A DNA stretch of 43,544 nt from an uncultured archaeon. Its GTDB lineage: Archaea; Aenigmatarchaeota; Aenigmatarchaeia; PWEA01; JAGHBM01. The position numbers and the translations under genes were made by a program. Location of the stretch: positions 1-43,544 of the forward strand of contig CAYNRH010000001.1 in NCBI GenBank assembly GCA_964399605.1. The letters run 5' to 3'. The notes under the pieces were generated by a model. The model was given only the letters and a program-made list of their open reading frames with translations. It made no database searches and was not told the DNA's origin. This document shows positions 9,040 to 16,542 of this stretch, one piece after another. How positions within the stretch are numbered: position 1 is the stretch's first letter; every line of letters begins with the position of its first letter.

Positions 9040-9594
9040 ATGGCTATACCAATTACAACAACTGGAATGGAGAGGGTTTTTGGCACTGAGTTCTTTATAT
9101 ATGTTTTGCCGTGGCTTTTTATTTTTGCAATTGTTTATGGTGTTTTAAGCCACGTTGGCAATAAGGGGGTTCCGGAAAGCAAACCGGCAAGGGCAATAAT
9201 TGGAATGGTGCTTGCGTTCATAGTTACACCTGTTTTGGCACCATGGGTTGGAAACTTGATGGAAATGACTGGAATATTCATGGTAATAATTGCAGTACTT
9301 TTGGTATTTATAGTGCTTTTGGAAATATTGGGAATAAAAACAACAAAAACAATTACTATAAAAGATAAGGATGGAAATAAAAAAGAAGCTCTTGTACCAG
9401 TTTCAATATTTGAAAAATATGGAGTTGCGTTTGCTATTTTATTTATAATAATAGCAGCACTGGTTTTCATGGCGGCAGGTGGTTTAGAAGCAATTGGAAT
9501 TACAATACCACCTATTGTGGCTTACAACTACCCGCTAATATTCTTCCTGATATTCATAGCACTTTTAATATGGTGGATGTCTTCAGAAAGTTAA
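9040..9594 (+). CDS. multi-TM membrane protein, paralogue 4
   Basis: FFIYVLPWLFIFAIVYGVLSH...PARAIIGMVLAF...AGGLEAIGITIPP...WWM. SD-start cassette AGGTGATAATATGGC. Confidence 0.7.
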   Translation: MAIPITTTGMERVFGTEFFIYVLPWLFIFAIVYGVLSHVGNKGVPESKPARAIIGMVLAFIVTPVLAPWVGNLMEMTGIFMVIIAVLLVFIVLLEILGIKTTKTITIKDKDGNKKEALVPVSIFEKYGVAFAILFIIIAALVFMAAGGLEAIGITIPPIVAYNYPLIFFLIFIALLIWWMSSES

Positions 9595-9599
9595 ATCCT

Positions 9600-11012
9600 T
9601 TATTTTTTTAGAATTTTCCATCTTGGTCCATTTGGGCTATCTTCTAAAGCGATATTATATTCTTTTTTGAGTTTATCTCTTATTCTATCAGCCCTATCAA
9701 AGCTTTTTTCCTTCCTCAGGCGTTCGCGCTCTTCTATGAGCTTTCTGGCTTCTTCTGGAAGCTCTTCTGTCTCCTTTTTAAGAATTCCAAGAACTTCGTC
9801 AAATTGTAGCATTGTATCATATATCATTTTGGCGTCATTGGTGCTAATCTCCATGGAATCGATGAGCTTGTTTACTTCCTTGACGAAAAGAAATATTGCA
9901 GCAAGAGCACCGGGGGTGTTCAAATTATCATCCATTTCTCTTTCAAACTTGGATTTAACATCTTCTATCAACGTTATTACTTTCTTATTGTCTGATGAAT
10001 TAGATTTCCAGCTCTTAAGCTTGTCCATGAAGTCAAAAAGGTTTTCAAGAGTTTCTTCTGCCTGCTCCAGGCTTTTTATTGTGAAGTTCATTTGAGTCCT
10101 GTAATGTGCTTTAAGATACAAAAAACGGAGAGCCTTAAGGTCAAATCCCTTTTCTTCTAAATCTTTCAAGGTGTAAAAGTTTCCCTTTGACTTTGACATT
10201 TTTGTTCTGTCAACCAGAAGATGCTCACCATGTATCCAATATCGAACAAATGTTTTGCCAGTTGCTCCCTCTGATTGTGCAATTTCATTTTCATGGTGTG
10301 GGAATATCAGGTCAACCCCTCCGATGTGAATGTCTATTGTTTCTCCCAGGTAATATGTGCTCATAGCAGAACATTCAATATGCCATCCTGGCCTTCCCTT
10401 TCCCCATGGGCTCTCAAAGTAAATGCCTCTTTTCAATTCTTCAGGAGTGCTTTTCTTCCATAGGGCAAAGTCACCGGGATTCTCCTTATCATATTCATCA
10501 ACATCAACACTCGCACCTGTTTTTACATTGCTCAAATCTATTTTCGACAGCTTGCCATAACCCTTAAATTTTGAAATATCGTAGTAAACACCATCTTTCT
10601 TCTCATAGGCAAATCCCTTCTCCTCCAGTCTCTTTATCAGCTCAATCATTTGTGGAATGGTTTCAGTTGCCCTGGGATAAAGAGTCGCCCTCTTTATGTT
10701 TAGTTTGTCCAGACCTTCAAAGAATATATTTGCATATTTTTCCGTAAAATCCTTCAAGGACAACCCTTCTTCTCCTGATCTCTTAATAGTCTTGTCATCT
10801 ATGTCTGTTATATTCATCACAAATTTTACCTTGTAACCTTTATAAAGAAGATATCTATAGATTATGTCAGCTAGGAAAAAGCTTCTGAAATTCCCTATGT
10901 GAGGATAATCGTAAACAGTGGGGCCGCAAGCATACATCTTGACCTCCTTGTCGTGTAGCGGCTTAAAAACTTCCTTTTTTCTTGTTAAAGTGTTGTAAAA
11001 TTTTAGAGTCAT
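9600..11012 (-). CDS. cysS: cysteinyl-tRNA synthetase
   Basis: Class I HIGN (YPHIGNFRS) and KMSKS motifs, 470 aa, end-to-end CysRS layout. Confidence 0.95.
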   Translation of the reverse strand: MTLKFYNTLTRKKEVFKPLHDKEVKMYACGPTVYDYPHIGNFRSFFLADIIYRYLLYKGYKVKFVMNITDIDDKTIKRSGEEGLSLKDFTEKYANIFFEGLDKLNIKRATLYPRATETIPQMIELIKRLEEKGFAYEKKDGVYYDISKFKGYGKLSKIDLSNVKTGASVDVDEYDKENPGDFALWKKSTPEELKRGIYFESPWGKGRPGWHIECSAMSTYYLGETIDIHIGGVDLIFPHHENEIAQSEGATGKTFVRYWIHGEHLLVDRTKMSKSKGNFYTLKDLEEKGFDLKALRFLYLKAHYRTQMNFTIKSLEQAEETLENLFDFMDKLKSWKSNSSDNKKVITLIEDVKSKFEREMDDNLNTPGALAAIFLFVKEVNKLIDSMEISTNDAKMIYDTMLQFDEVLGILKKETEELPEEARKLIEERERLRKEKSFDRADRIRDKLKKEYNIALEDSPNGPRWKILKK

Positions 11013-11269
11013 TTTTTCTTCCCCACTATATGGAACGTATATATGATTTCAAAGAGAACAACCAAAAGAATTCCCAAATTCAGAAAAAGAAAAACAGGAT
11101 CATTTTTTAAGAAAGAATAATAAATCAGCATTAATACACCTATAGATGTTATAATACTAAATCTCAATTCTATCAAATTTTTATGAGATTTTATCTCATC
11201 CCTTAAACCAAGTATCCAGGCAAGCAGAACTAATCCGCCACCGATGACTCCTATCAAAACTCCCAACAT
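11009..11269 (-). CDS. small 3-TM membrane protein
   Basis: The track ORF starts at a TTG (11278). ATG at 11269 follows GAGGTT. SIGVLMLIYYSFLKNDPVFLFLNLGILL resembles LAB_N/PQ-loop-like small membrane domains (speculative). 4-nt overlap with the cysS start. Confidence 0.5.
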   Translation of the reverse strand: MLGVLIGVIGGGLVLLAWILGLRDEIKSHKNLIELRFSIITSIGVLMLIYYSFLKNDPVFLFLNLGILLVVLFEIIYTFHIVGKKK

Positions 11270-11295
11270 ATTTAACAACCTCTTGAACTAAATTT

Positions 11296-11525
11296 TGGAG
11301 CGGGGTCTGGGATTTTCCAACCCCGAGGAAGGGGAAGTATCCCCTTCCTAAGGGATTACTATCCCCTCTAAATTGGCAAACCAAAGGTTTGCAAATAAAG
11401 GAAAGGTAGATATTCCCATAAGGAGGGAAACCTTGGTGTCCCTCCGTAGGGTTTTGAACCCAGGTCTTCCGCTCTGCAGGCGGATGCATGAACCATTTCA
11501 GCTGCAAAGTCTCTGCCAACCCCGC
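11296..11525 (-). tRNA. tRNA-Cys(GCA) with a 140-nt insertion in the T loop, a probable 14-nt insertion in the D loop, and encoded CCA
   Basis: Minus-strand read: GCGGGGT-TG-GCAG...ATGC-A-TCCGC-CTGCAGA-GCGGA-AGAC-CTGGG-TTCAAA[140 nt]T-CCCAG-ACCCCGC-T-CCA. Acceptor (7 bp), anticodon (5 bp) and T (5 bp) stems are perfect once 11313-11452 is removed. Anticodon GCA at 11475-11477. This is the only GC-rich island in the window. Confidence 0.75.
11313..11452 (-). other. putative non-canonical tRNA intron (T-loop position about 59/60)
   Basis: Removal restores CTGGG-TTCAAAT-CCCAG. The junction is ambiguous within the AAAA present at both borders. Contains perfect hairpins GGAGGGA/TCCCTCC, GCAAACC/GGTTTGC and GGAAGGGGA/TCCCCTTCC. 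ACCC (5' border) can pair with GGGT (3' border), as in a relaxed bulge-helix-bulge. Confidence 0.6.
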
Positions 11526-11549
11526 ATATTCAATAAATTGTTATATGAA

Positions 11550-11562
11550 CATTTAAATATAT
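11550..11562 (-). promoter_or_regulatory. candidate TATA box for tRNA-Cys
   Basis: Minus-strand ATATATTTAAAT centred about 30 nt upstream of the tRNA 5' end. Confidence 0.4.
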
Positions 11563-11588
11563 TTTTGTTTATTATACTAAATGATACT

Positions 11589-11786
11589 ATGGAGGCAAAA
11601 CCACTTTTATTTTGGATATTGGGAACTGTTTTTATACTGTTCGGGGCAATGATTGCAGGACAAGCAAGGGCAGATGTCCTTGGAGCAACAACATCATCGT
11701 TTGCCATATCCCTGATGTTATCGTTTATCCTCATATTGATTGGAGGGTTAATGTGGATAACAGTAGCAGGAGTAATCAGGGAATAG
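11589..11786 (+). CDS. small 2-TM membrane protein
   Basis: The track ORF 11373-11786 runs through the tRNA locus. The plausible product starts at ATG 11589 (MEAKPLLFWILGTVFILFGAMIAG...), 65 aa. Confidence 0.45.
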   Translation: MEAKPLLFWILGTVFILFGAMIAGQARADVLGATTSSFAISLMLSFILILIGGLMWITVAGVIRE

Positions 11787-11805
11787 AATTAGATTTTTTA
11801 ATAAA

Positions 11806-11958
11806 TTAAGCAAATTCGGGATGATAACCATTGTCCAGTTTTTCATCATTTGGACCTATTGCCTCTCTCAAGGCTCTTATTATTGCATCGGAGTATAGCC
11901 CTATGTCGGCATATCCCTCTCCAGAAAGAATAGATTTTTCCCCAAGATATTCTACCAT
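11806..11958 (-). CDS. unannotated 50-aa ORF (hypothetical)
   Basis: Below the track's length cut-off. MVEYLGEKSILSGEGYADIGLYSDAIIRALREAIGPNDEKLDNGYHPEFA, preceded by GAGAGGTGATTGGC-ATG, the same SD and spacing as bona fide genes here. Confidence 0.35.
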   Translation of the reverse strand: MVEYLGEKSILSGEGYADIGLYSDAIIRALREAIGPNDEKLDNGYHPEFA

Positions 11959-12087
11959 GCCAATCACCTCTCTTTTTAGATTCCATAAAAATTCAAAACT
12001 TAATTATGGAACTAAATGTCACCGAAGAAAACACACCCAGAACATTTAATAGTAGATGAAGCTCATATAAATAATTAACTTCGTTAT

Positions 12088-12642
12088 TTAACTGACTACT
12101 TCAATTTTTCTTACTTCAAATCTTCTTAGGGGATAAATTACATTTGCTTTTTTCCTTACTTCTTTTTGGAATTTGTCATACATTATAGAATTAATAATAT
12201 CATCAAAGTTCTTCTTGCCTGAAACATCTTTGATTATTTTTTCTATTTCTTTATGAAGCTCACTCTTTACAGTAGTTTTGGTTTTTCTGAGGGTTATTCC
12301 AATAGTTTTTATGATTAATTTTTTCTTGTCTTTTGTCTCTACTTCAATCCTGTTGTCAATCCTCATTGCACCTTTCCTGACCATTTGGGATATAAAGTCC
12401 CTCAGGCACGAATGGCCAGCATACTCCATTTTTATTTTATCTCCATCCAGCTCCTTGGCTCTAAATTTTACCTTTATATAATATTTTGATGGATGTCCTC
12501 CCAGTTCTGGTAATGACTTGAAAACAGTCCTTTTTATTACTTCGTCTGGATTTGTAACCAGTGTCTCCCCTATAACCTTATTGTTGAACAAAGGTGGCGC
12601 TACCAAAGTGTACCAGCTCTTTCCTTTTATTTTCTTGGCCAT
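12088..12642 (-). CDS. rps3ae: 30S ribosomal protein S3Ae (eS1)
   Basis: MAKKIKGKSWYTLVAPPLFNNKVIGETL start and length (184 aa) typical of eS1. Confidence 0.9.
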   Translation of the reverse strand: MAKKIKGKSWYTLVAPPLFNNKVIGETLVTNPDEVIKRTVFKSLPELGGHPSKYYIKVKFRAKELDGDKIKMEYAGHSCLRDFISQMVRKGAMRIDNRIEVETKDKKKLIIKTIGITLRKTKTTVKSELHKEIEKIIKDVSGKKNFDDIINSIMYDKFQKEVRKKANVIYPLRRFEVRKIEVVS

Positions 12643-12673
12643 TTAAATCACTTATATCTATTTTAATAAAAGA

Positions 12674-14038
12674 CTATTTAAGTTTATCTTCTAAATAATT
12701 TTCGCATGTATCTATAAATTCTTTTTCTTTTCCCATTGGTATGAAGGCCCCGGCAGCTGCGTGGTGGCCTCCCCCATAACTTCCATATTTTTTTGTTATC
12801 TCCTCAAATAAATCCTTGAGGCTAAGCCCCCTGTCCACCAGTTCTTTTGGTGCCCTGGCGCTTATCTTCACCTCTCCGCTTTCAGTATTGGCAAAGCCAA
12901 AAACCACTCTTCCGTTATTTAATATTGAAGACTTTTCGCATATTGACATTATCGTCCCTATGAAATTTTCGTGAATTTGGTCGCCAGCTATAACATAGTA
13001 AGCATTTTTTGTTTTCCTAATCTTCTCCTCATTTTCTTTTACCCATTTTATGTATTTGGTTATAATTTTTCTATATCCTGAAAGGACTCCATCAAGCCTT
13101 TCCAGCGCAGATTTTATTCCAAGTGCAGATAATATTCCCAGAGAATGCTGGCTCATCCTTCCACATGCGTTTAATGAAGTGGCCATTTCCCTTGCATCAA
13201 AATCACTTCCGTTAAACCTGATTGTGTAGTTCTCTCCAAAAATTTCCTCCGGGTCCGATTCTTTTTCCCTTATCCTCTCACATATAATAGCGCTTGCAAG
13301 TTTTTTCATTTCATCTTCTGAAAGGTCGTTCAGGGTTTTCCATTTACCGTCTCTTTTCAGCTCTATCCCAATGGTAGAGAGAAATTGTATTGCTGCAGAC
13401 TCGTTCCCGGTTATCCCCGGTATGTATGGGTCTGTGCTGTATTCCAATGCCTTGTGAACAGGCCTGTTCATCCTTCCAAAAAGCCTTATTCCATTTTCTT
13501 TTTTCAAGACACCAAATTCAATTGCCTCATTGGCTATTTCAGTGTTGAGACCTTTCATTTTCCATCCTTCATCCTGCATATCACCTATTGCGCCAACAAT
13601 TGCAAGGTATGACAAGTCAATGTTTCTTGGGTCAAGCTTTTTTGCCAGCAAATAAGCAACTCCTGCACCACTTATCTCATTTTCTTCTTTACCAATTAGA
13701 TGGGGATTTATGTGGATTATATTCGGGTACTCCCCTGGAGGAGACGGCAAGTGGTGGTCGGCCACAATTATTTTTTTTCCTGTTGATTTGTTGAGGTCAT
13801 CAAGCATATCTAAATATCCTGCACCCAAATCTGTGAATAAAAACAGGTCAGTATCTTCTTTTTTTAATGCCTCTATTATTTCTGGCTTAACCTGTCTTGC
13901 TATTGATATGTGTATTTTCTTGCCCAGCCTGGTTAGTGAAGATAAAACAACAGCTGCAGCTGAGATTCCATCAGCATCCAGGTGAGACACTACTGTTATT
14001 CTCTCTACGCTGTTTATTTCTTTGGCTGCATCATTCAA
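12674..14038 (-). CDS. RecJ/GAN-like DHH-DHHA1 phosphoesterase
   Basis: SHLDADGISAA, VADHH and C-terminal GGGHHAAAG (DHHA1). Sits in the conserved archaeal position between rps15 and rps3ae. Confidence 0.85.
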   Translation of the reverse strand: MNDAAKEINSVERITVVSHLDADGISAAAVVLSSLTRLGKKIHISIARQVKPEIIEALKKEDTDLFLFTDLGAGYLDMLDDLNKSTGKKIIVADHHLPSPPGEYPNIIHINPHLIGKEENEISGAGVAYLLAKKLDPRNIDLSYLAIVGAIGDMQDEGWKMKGLNTEIANEAIEFGVLKKENGIRLFGRMNRPVHKALEYSTDPYIPGITGNESAAIQFLSTIGIELKRDGKWKTLNDLSEDEMKKLASAIICERIREKESDPEEIFGENYTIRFNGSDFDAREMATSLNACGRMSQHSLGILSALGIKSALERLDGVLSGYRKIITKYIKWVKENEEKIRKTKNAYYVIAGDQIHENFIGTIMSICEKSSILNNGRVVFGFANTESGEVKISARAPKELVDRGLSLKDLFEEITKKYGSYGGGHHAAAGAFIPMGKEKEFIDTCENYLEDKLK

Positions 14039-14058
14039 TATATCAAACAGAGAATCAC

Positions 14059-14514
14059 CTATCCTGTTATCAATCTGAGCTTATTGGGGTCATACTTCCA
14101 ATCGTCTGGAAGAATCTCTTTTTTCTTGTAATATTTTCCGAGTCTTCTTATCTTGCTTTCAGTAAGTTCCAAACCCCTTATGGCAAACGGGTCGTGCTTG
14201 TGTACGGATAAATGCTCCCTTATCTTGAGTGCTTTTCTCATTAGGTTGAGCATATCCTCTGGATACCTTGGATATATTTTATTCTCTTTCATTATCTTGG
14301 TTATGCTTTTTCCAACAATTTCCTTAACGTTTGGTATCCCATACTGGTCCCTGAGAATTATTCCTATCTGAGAAGAAGACTTTTCCTCTTTTGCAAACTT
14401 TATAACAAGTTTCTCAACTTCATCCTTCTTGTATCTTATCCATTTTGGAGCCTTTGTTCTCAAAGGCCTTTTAGAGCCGGATTTACCATGTTTTCTTGAA
14501 TACATTCTTGACAT
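14059..14514 (-). CDS. rps15: 30S ribosomal protein S15 (uS15/S13e type)
   Basis: MSRMYSRKHGKSGSKRP start, 151 aa, C-terminal S15 helical domain (HKHDPFAIRGLELTESKIRRL). Confidence 0.9.
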   Translation of the reverse strand: MSRMYSRKHGKSGSKRPLRTKAPKWIRYKKDEVEKLVIKFAKEEKSSSQIGIILRDQYGIPNVKEIVGKSITKIMKENKIYPRYPEDMLNLMRKALKIREHLSVHKHDPFAIRGLELTESKIRRLGKYYKKKEILPDDWKYDPNKLRLITG

Positions 14515-14531
14515 TCACAAATCACCTCGAC

Positions 14532-14556
14532 TTAAGCCCGCTTAAAGCCAGCTTAA
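14532..14556 (-). promoter_or_regulatory. stem-loop/triple TTAAG repeat in the rps15 leader
   Basis: RNA UUAAGC-UGGCUUUAAGCGG-GCUUAA (6-bp perfect stem) lies directly 5' of GAGGUGAU-N6-AUG. TTTAAATA box at 14587-14594 implies a leader of about 45-50 nt. Confidence 0.25.
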
Positions 14557-14599
14557 TCTTTGAATATGATTATTTCTAATCAAACATATTTAAATGTTT

Positions 14600-15178
14600 T
14601 TAGGAAAAGCATTCTTTTATTTTCTTAGGCAAGTCCTTCTTTATTGATAGTTCTGTTTTAGAATCATTAGTAAAATCTTGCAAGGCTTCAGTAAGCTCCT
14701 CCTCACTCACTAAATAAAAATGAGCCGCCTTCTTCAAAATTTCATCTAAAACACCATCGCTCAATTCATCGTAATATTTTTTTATTGTCATAGCAGGAAG
14801 ATTTACTCTGTTGAAAAGAACATTTTCATCTCCAATTCTTCCAGCAAAACAATCAATCTTGTGTTCGTTGTATAGTCTTTTAATGTTTTCTCTGCCTATC
14901 TCTGGAAAAACTTCTTTCGCAATTACATCGGCTCGCCTCTGTGCATATTCTGAAATCATCGTGGTATCTCCTTTATCATCATTTTCAATTATTACGAAGC
15001 TCCTGTAAGATATTCCGTCAATTGCAACTTCTATTAAAACATTCCTAACAGAGAAGAACAAAGTATTTTCTCCTTTTGCATATTTCAAACCTTTATATTT
15101 TTTCAATAATTCCTCGTTAAATTCCGGGATAGCGTTGCCATTATTAACCTCTGAATAATCATTAATATCATTAATCAT
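14600..15178 (-). CDS. hypothetical protein
   Basis: 192-aa ORF with ATG start in a tight same-strand context. No motif recognised. Confidence 0.5.
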   Translation of the reverse strand: MINDINDYSEVNNGNAIPEFNEELLKKYKGLKYAKGENTLFFSVRNVLIEVAIDGISYRSFVIIENDDKGDTTMISEYAQRRADVIAKEVFPEIGRENIKRLYNEHKIDCFAGRIGDENVLFNRVNLPAMTIKKYYDELSDGVLDEILKKAAHFYLVSEEELTEALQDFTNDSKTELSIKKDLPKKIKECFS

Positions 15179-15209
15179 ATTTCATTTATAAGTAGTAAAT
15201 TATTTAAGC

Positions 15210-15440
15210 TTATTTCTTTTTCTCAAAAACCCTTAGTATTTCTGATGCGATGTAAATCACTATACCCACTAAAACAAGGAAAGCACCAACTATAGCCATA
15301 ACGACTGGAATACCGGGAATGAATGTCCCAACAGAAATTCCAACAACCGTAAGTATGGCAGCAATTATCAAGATTATGAATGATATGCTTTCAGTCTTGT
15401 CTGCCTTTGTATCCCATTTGAATGATTCCTTGAATTTCAT
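15210..15440 (-). CDS. small 2-TM membrane protein
   Basis: 76 aa. Two long hydrophobic helices flanked by K-rich ends. Confidence 0.5.
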   Translation of the reverse strand: MKFKESFKWDTKADKTESISFIILIIAAILTVVGISVGTFIPGIPVVMAIVGAFLVLVGIVIYIASEILRVFEKKK

Positions 15441-15472
15441 AATAAGAATAGAGAAAATTTATATTTAAAAGT

Positions 15473-16084
15473 TTATCTCTTGGAGTATCTTCCCCTCTTT
15501 CTTATCTGTTCCAATCTTTTCAAAACAGGCTCCCATTTGTCAAACGTCTTTTTGTATCCCTTTATGGTGTTAGACCAAAGCTTTTCCAAATATTTGAAAT
15601 GAGTGCTTTGGTATGCCTGATGAAGAAGATGCAAGTCTATGGCTTGGTTTTCAACAGAAGAAGAATGATAAGCCAGGCCAAAATCTATCAGATAAATTTT
15701 ATTGTCCTTCAAAATCATGTTTGAGGTTGTCAGGTCCCCATGAATTATCCCCGACGAATGCAATCTCCCCACAATTTTCCCGATTTCTTCTGCCAAATAA
15801 TTCCTGGGACTCGTCTTGTTGAGCAGTTCTTTAAGTCTCTCACCATCAATGAATTCCATAAATATTTTGTAATCCCCTGTTTTGAAAACTGTGGGAGTGT
15901 TAACACCAATTCTCTTAGCCCTTATCAGGATTCTGGACTCCAGTCTGGTTCTTCTTTTTCTAAGTAATTCGTCAATCTCCTTTATCCTGTACCTTTTTTT
16001 TATTCTTTCCTTTACCAGCTTTCCCGAATCATCCAGATAAAGAACAGCCTCGGCTCCCCTTCCTATGACATTTGTGGTGTTCAT
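15473..16084 (-). CDS. bud32: KEOPS kinase/ATPase Bud32
   Basis: GRGAEA glycine loop, IIHGDLTTSNM catalytic loop, IDFGL; about 200 aa minimal RIO-like kinase. Confidence 0.85.
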   Translation of the reverse strand: MNTTNVIGRGAEAVLYLDDSGKLVKERIKKRYRIKEIDELLRKRRTRLESRILIRAKRIGVNTPTVFKTGDYKIFMEFIDGERLKELLNKTSPRNYLAEEIGKIVGRLHSSGIIHGDLTTSNMILKDNKIYLIDFGLAYHSSSVENQAIDLHLLHQAYQSTHFKYLEKLWSNTIKGYKKTFDKWEPVLKRLEQIRKRGRYSKR

Positions 16085-16121
16085 ATAAATTATTTAAAAA
16101 AAGGAATTAATAAATAATCAC

Positions 16122-16538
16122 ATGAAGAAATTTTTTGCAATTGCATTGGCAATACTGGTAGTCTTTGCCAGTGGATGCGTCAGCAGTGGACTCAAATTCA
16201 AGGAGTGCAAACTACAGCACCCAAAGATAAGGGAAGACCAGATGACAAGCCTCTGGATAAATGTAGAGAATAATGAAAACGATGCAAAAAATGTCCAACT
16301 GGTATTCGTTTATCCAGATGATGTCACAGTTGAAAGAAATGGAGAAAAAATAAAATCCTTTAATATTACTTTAGAGCCAAATGGGGCAACTTCAGGCAGG
16401 AAAGAGTTTTCAGTTTACGGCGACTATATAGAGGGCCAACCTTCAACTCCATGGGACATTGTTGTCCAGATGTACAGTGATGGGGAGCTAATAAAAGAAT
16501 GCAAACAAACAATAACAATTATGCCAAAAACACAGTAA
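16122..16538 (+). CDS. predicted secreted lipoprotein, beta-sandwich-like
   Basis: Signal peptide with lipobox-like FASGC. The remainder is strand-rich (WINVENNENDAKNVQLVFVYP), CARDB-like in flavour. Confidence 0.55.
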   Translation: MKKFFAIALAILVVFASGCVSSGLKFKECKLQHPKIREDQMTSLWINVENNENDAKNVQLVFVYPDDVTVERNGEKIKSFNITLEPNGATSGRKEFSVYGDYIEGQPSTPWDIVVQMYSDGELIKECKQTITIMPKTQ

Positions 16539-16542
16539 GAAG

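Noticed and set aside
8078-9470. Minus-strand ORFs 8078-8422, 8352-8582, 9135-9470 and plus-strand 8581-8784 inside the membrane-protein array.
   Set aside because: These are shadow frames of hydrophobic-codon-rich genes. The plus-strand paralogues have mutually conserved motifs and SD signals, and these have neither.
5345-9594. The orphan block considered as an integrated virus, plasmid or genomic island.
   Set aside because: It has no integrase, recombinase, replication, capsid or packaging gene. I saw no flanking direct repeats or partial tRNA copy. The tRNA-Cys locus lies 1.7 kb beyond the block, separated by cysS. Foreign origin cannot be excluded without composition statistics.
11196-11588. 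Track ORFs 11196-11519 (minus strand) and the 5' two-thirds of 11373-11786 (plus strand).
   Set aside because: They run through the GC-rich tRNA-Cys locus. The translations are Pro/Gly/Arg-rich with no SD. The RNA-gene interpretation explains the sequence far better.
11831-12049. 72-aa plus-strand ORF.
   Set aside because: It has a TTG start without an SD and a Ser/Pro-rich product. The opposite strand carries a shorter ORF with a canonical SD.
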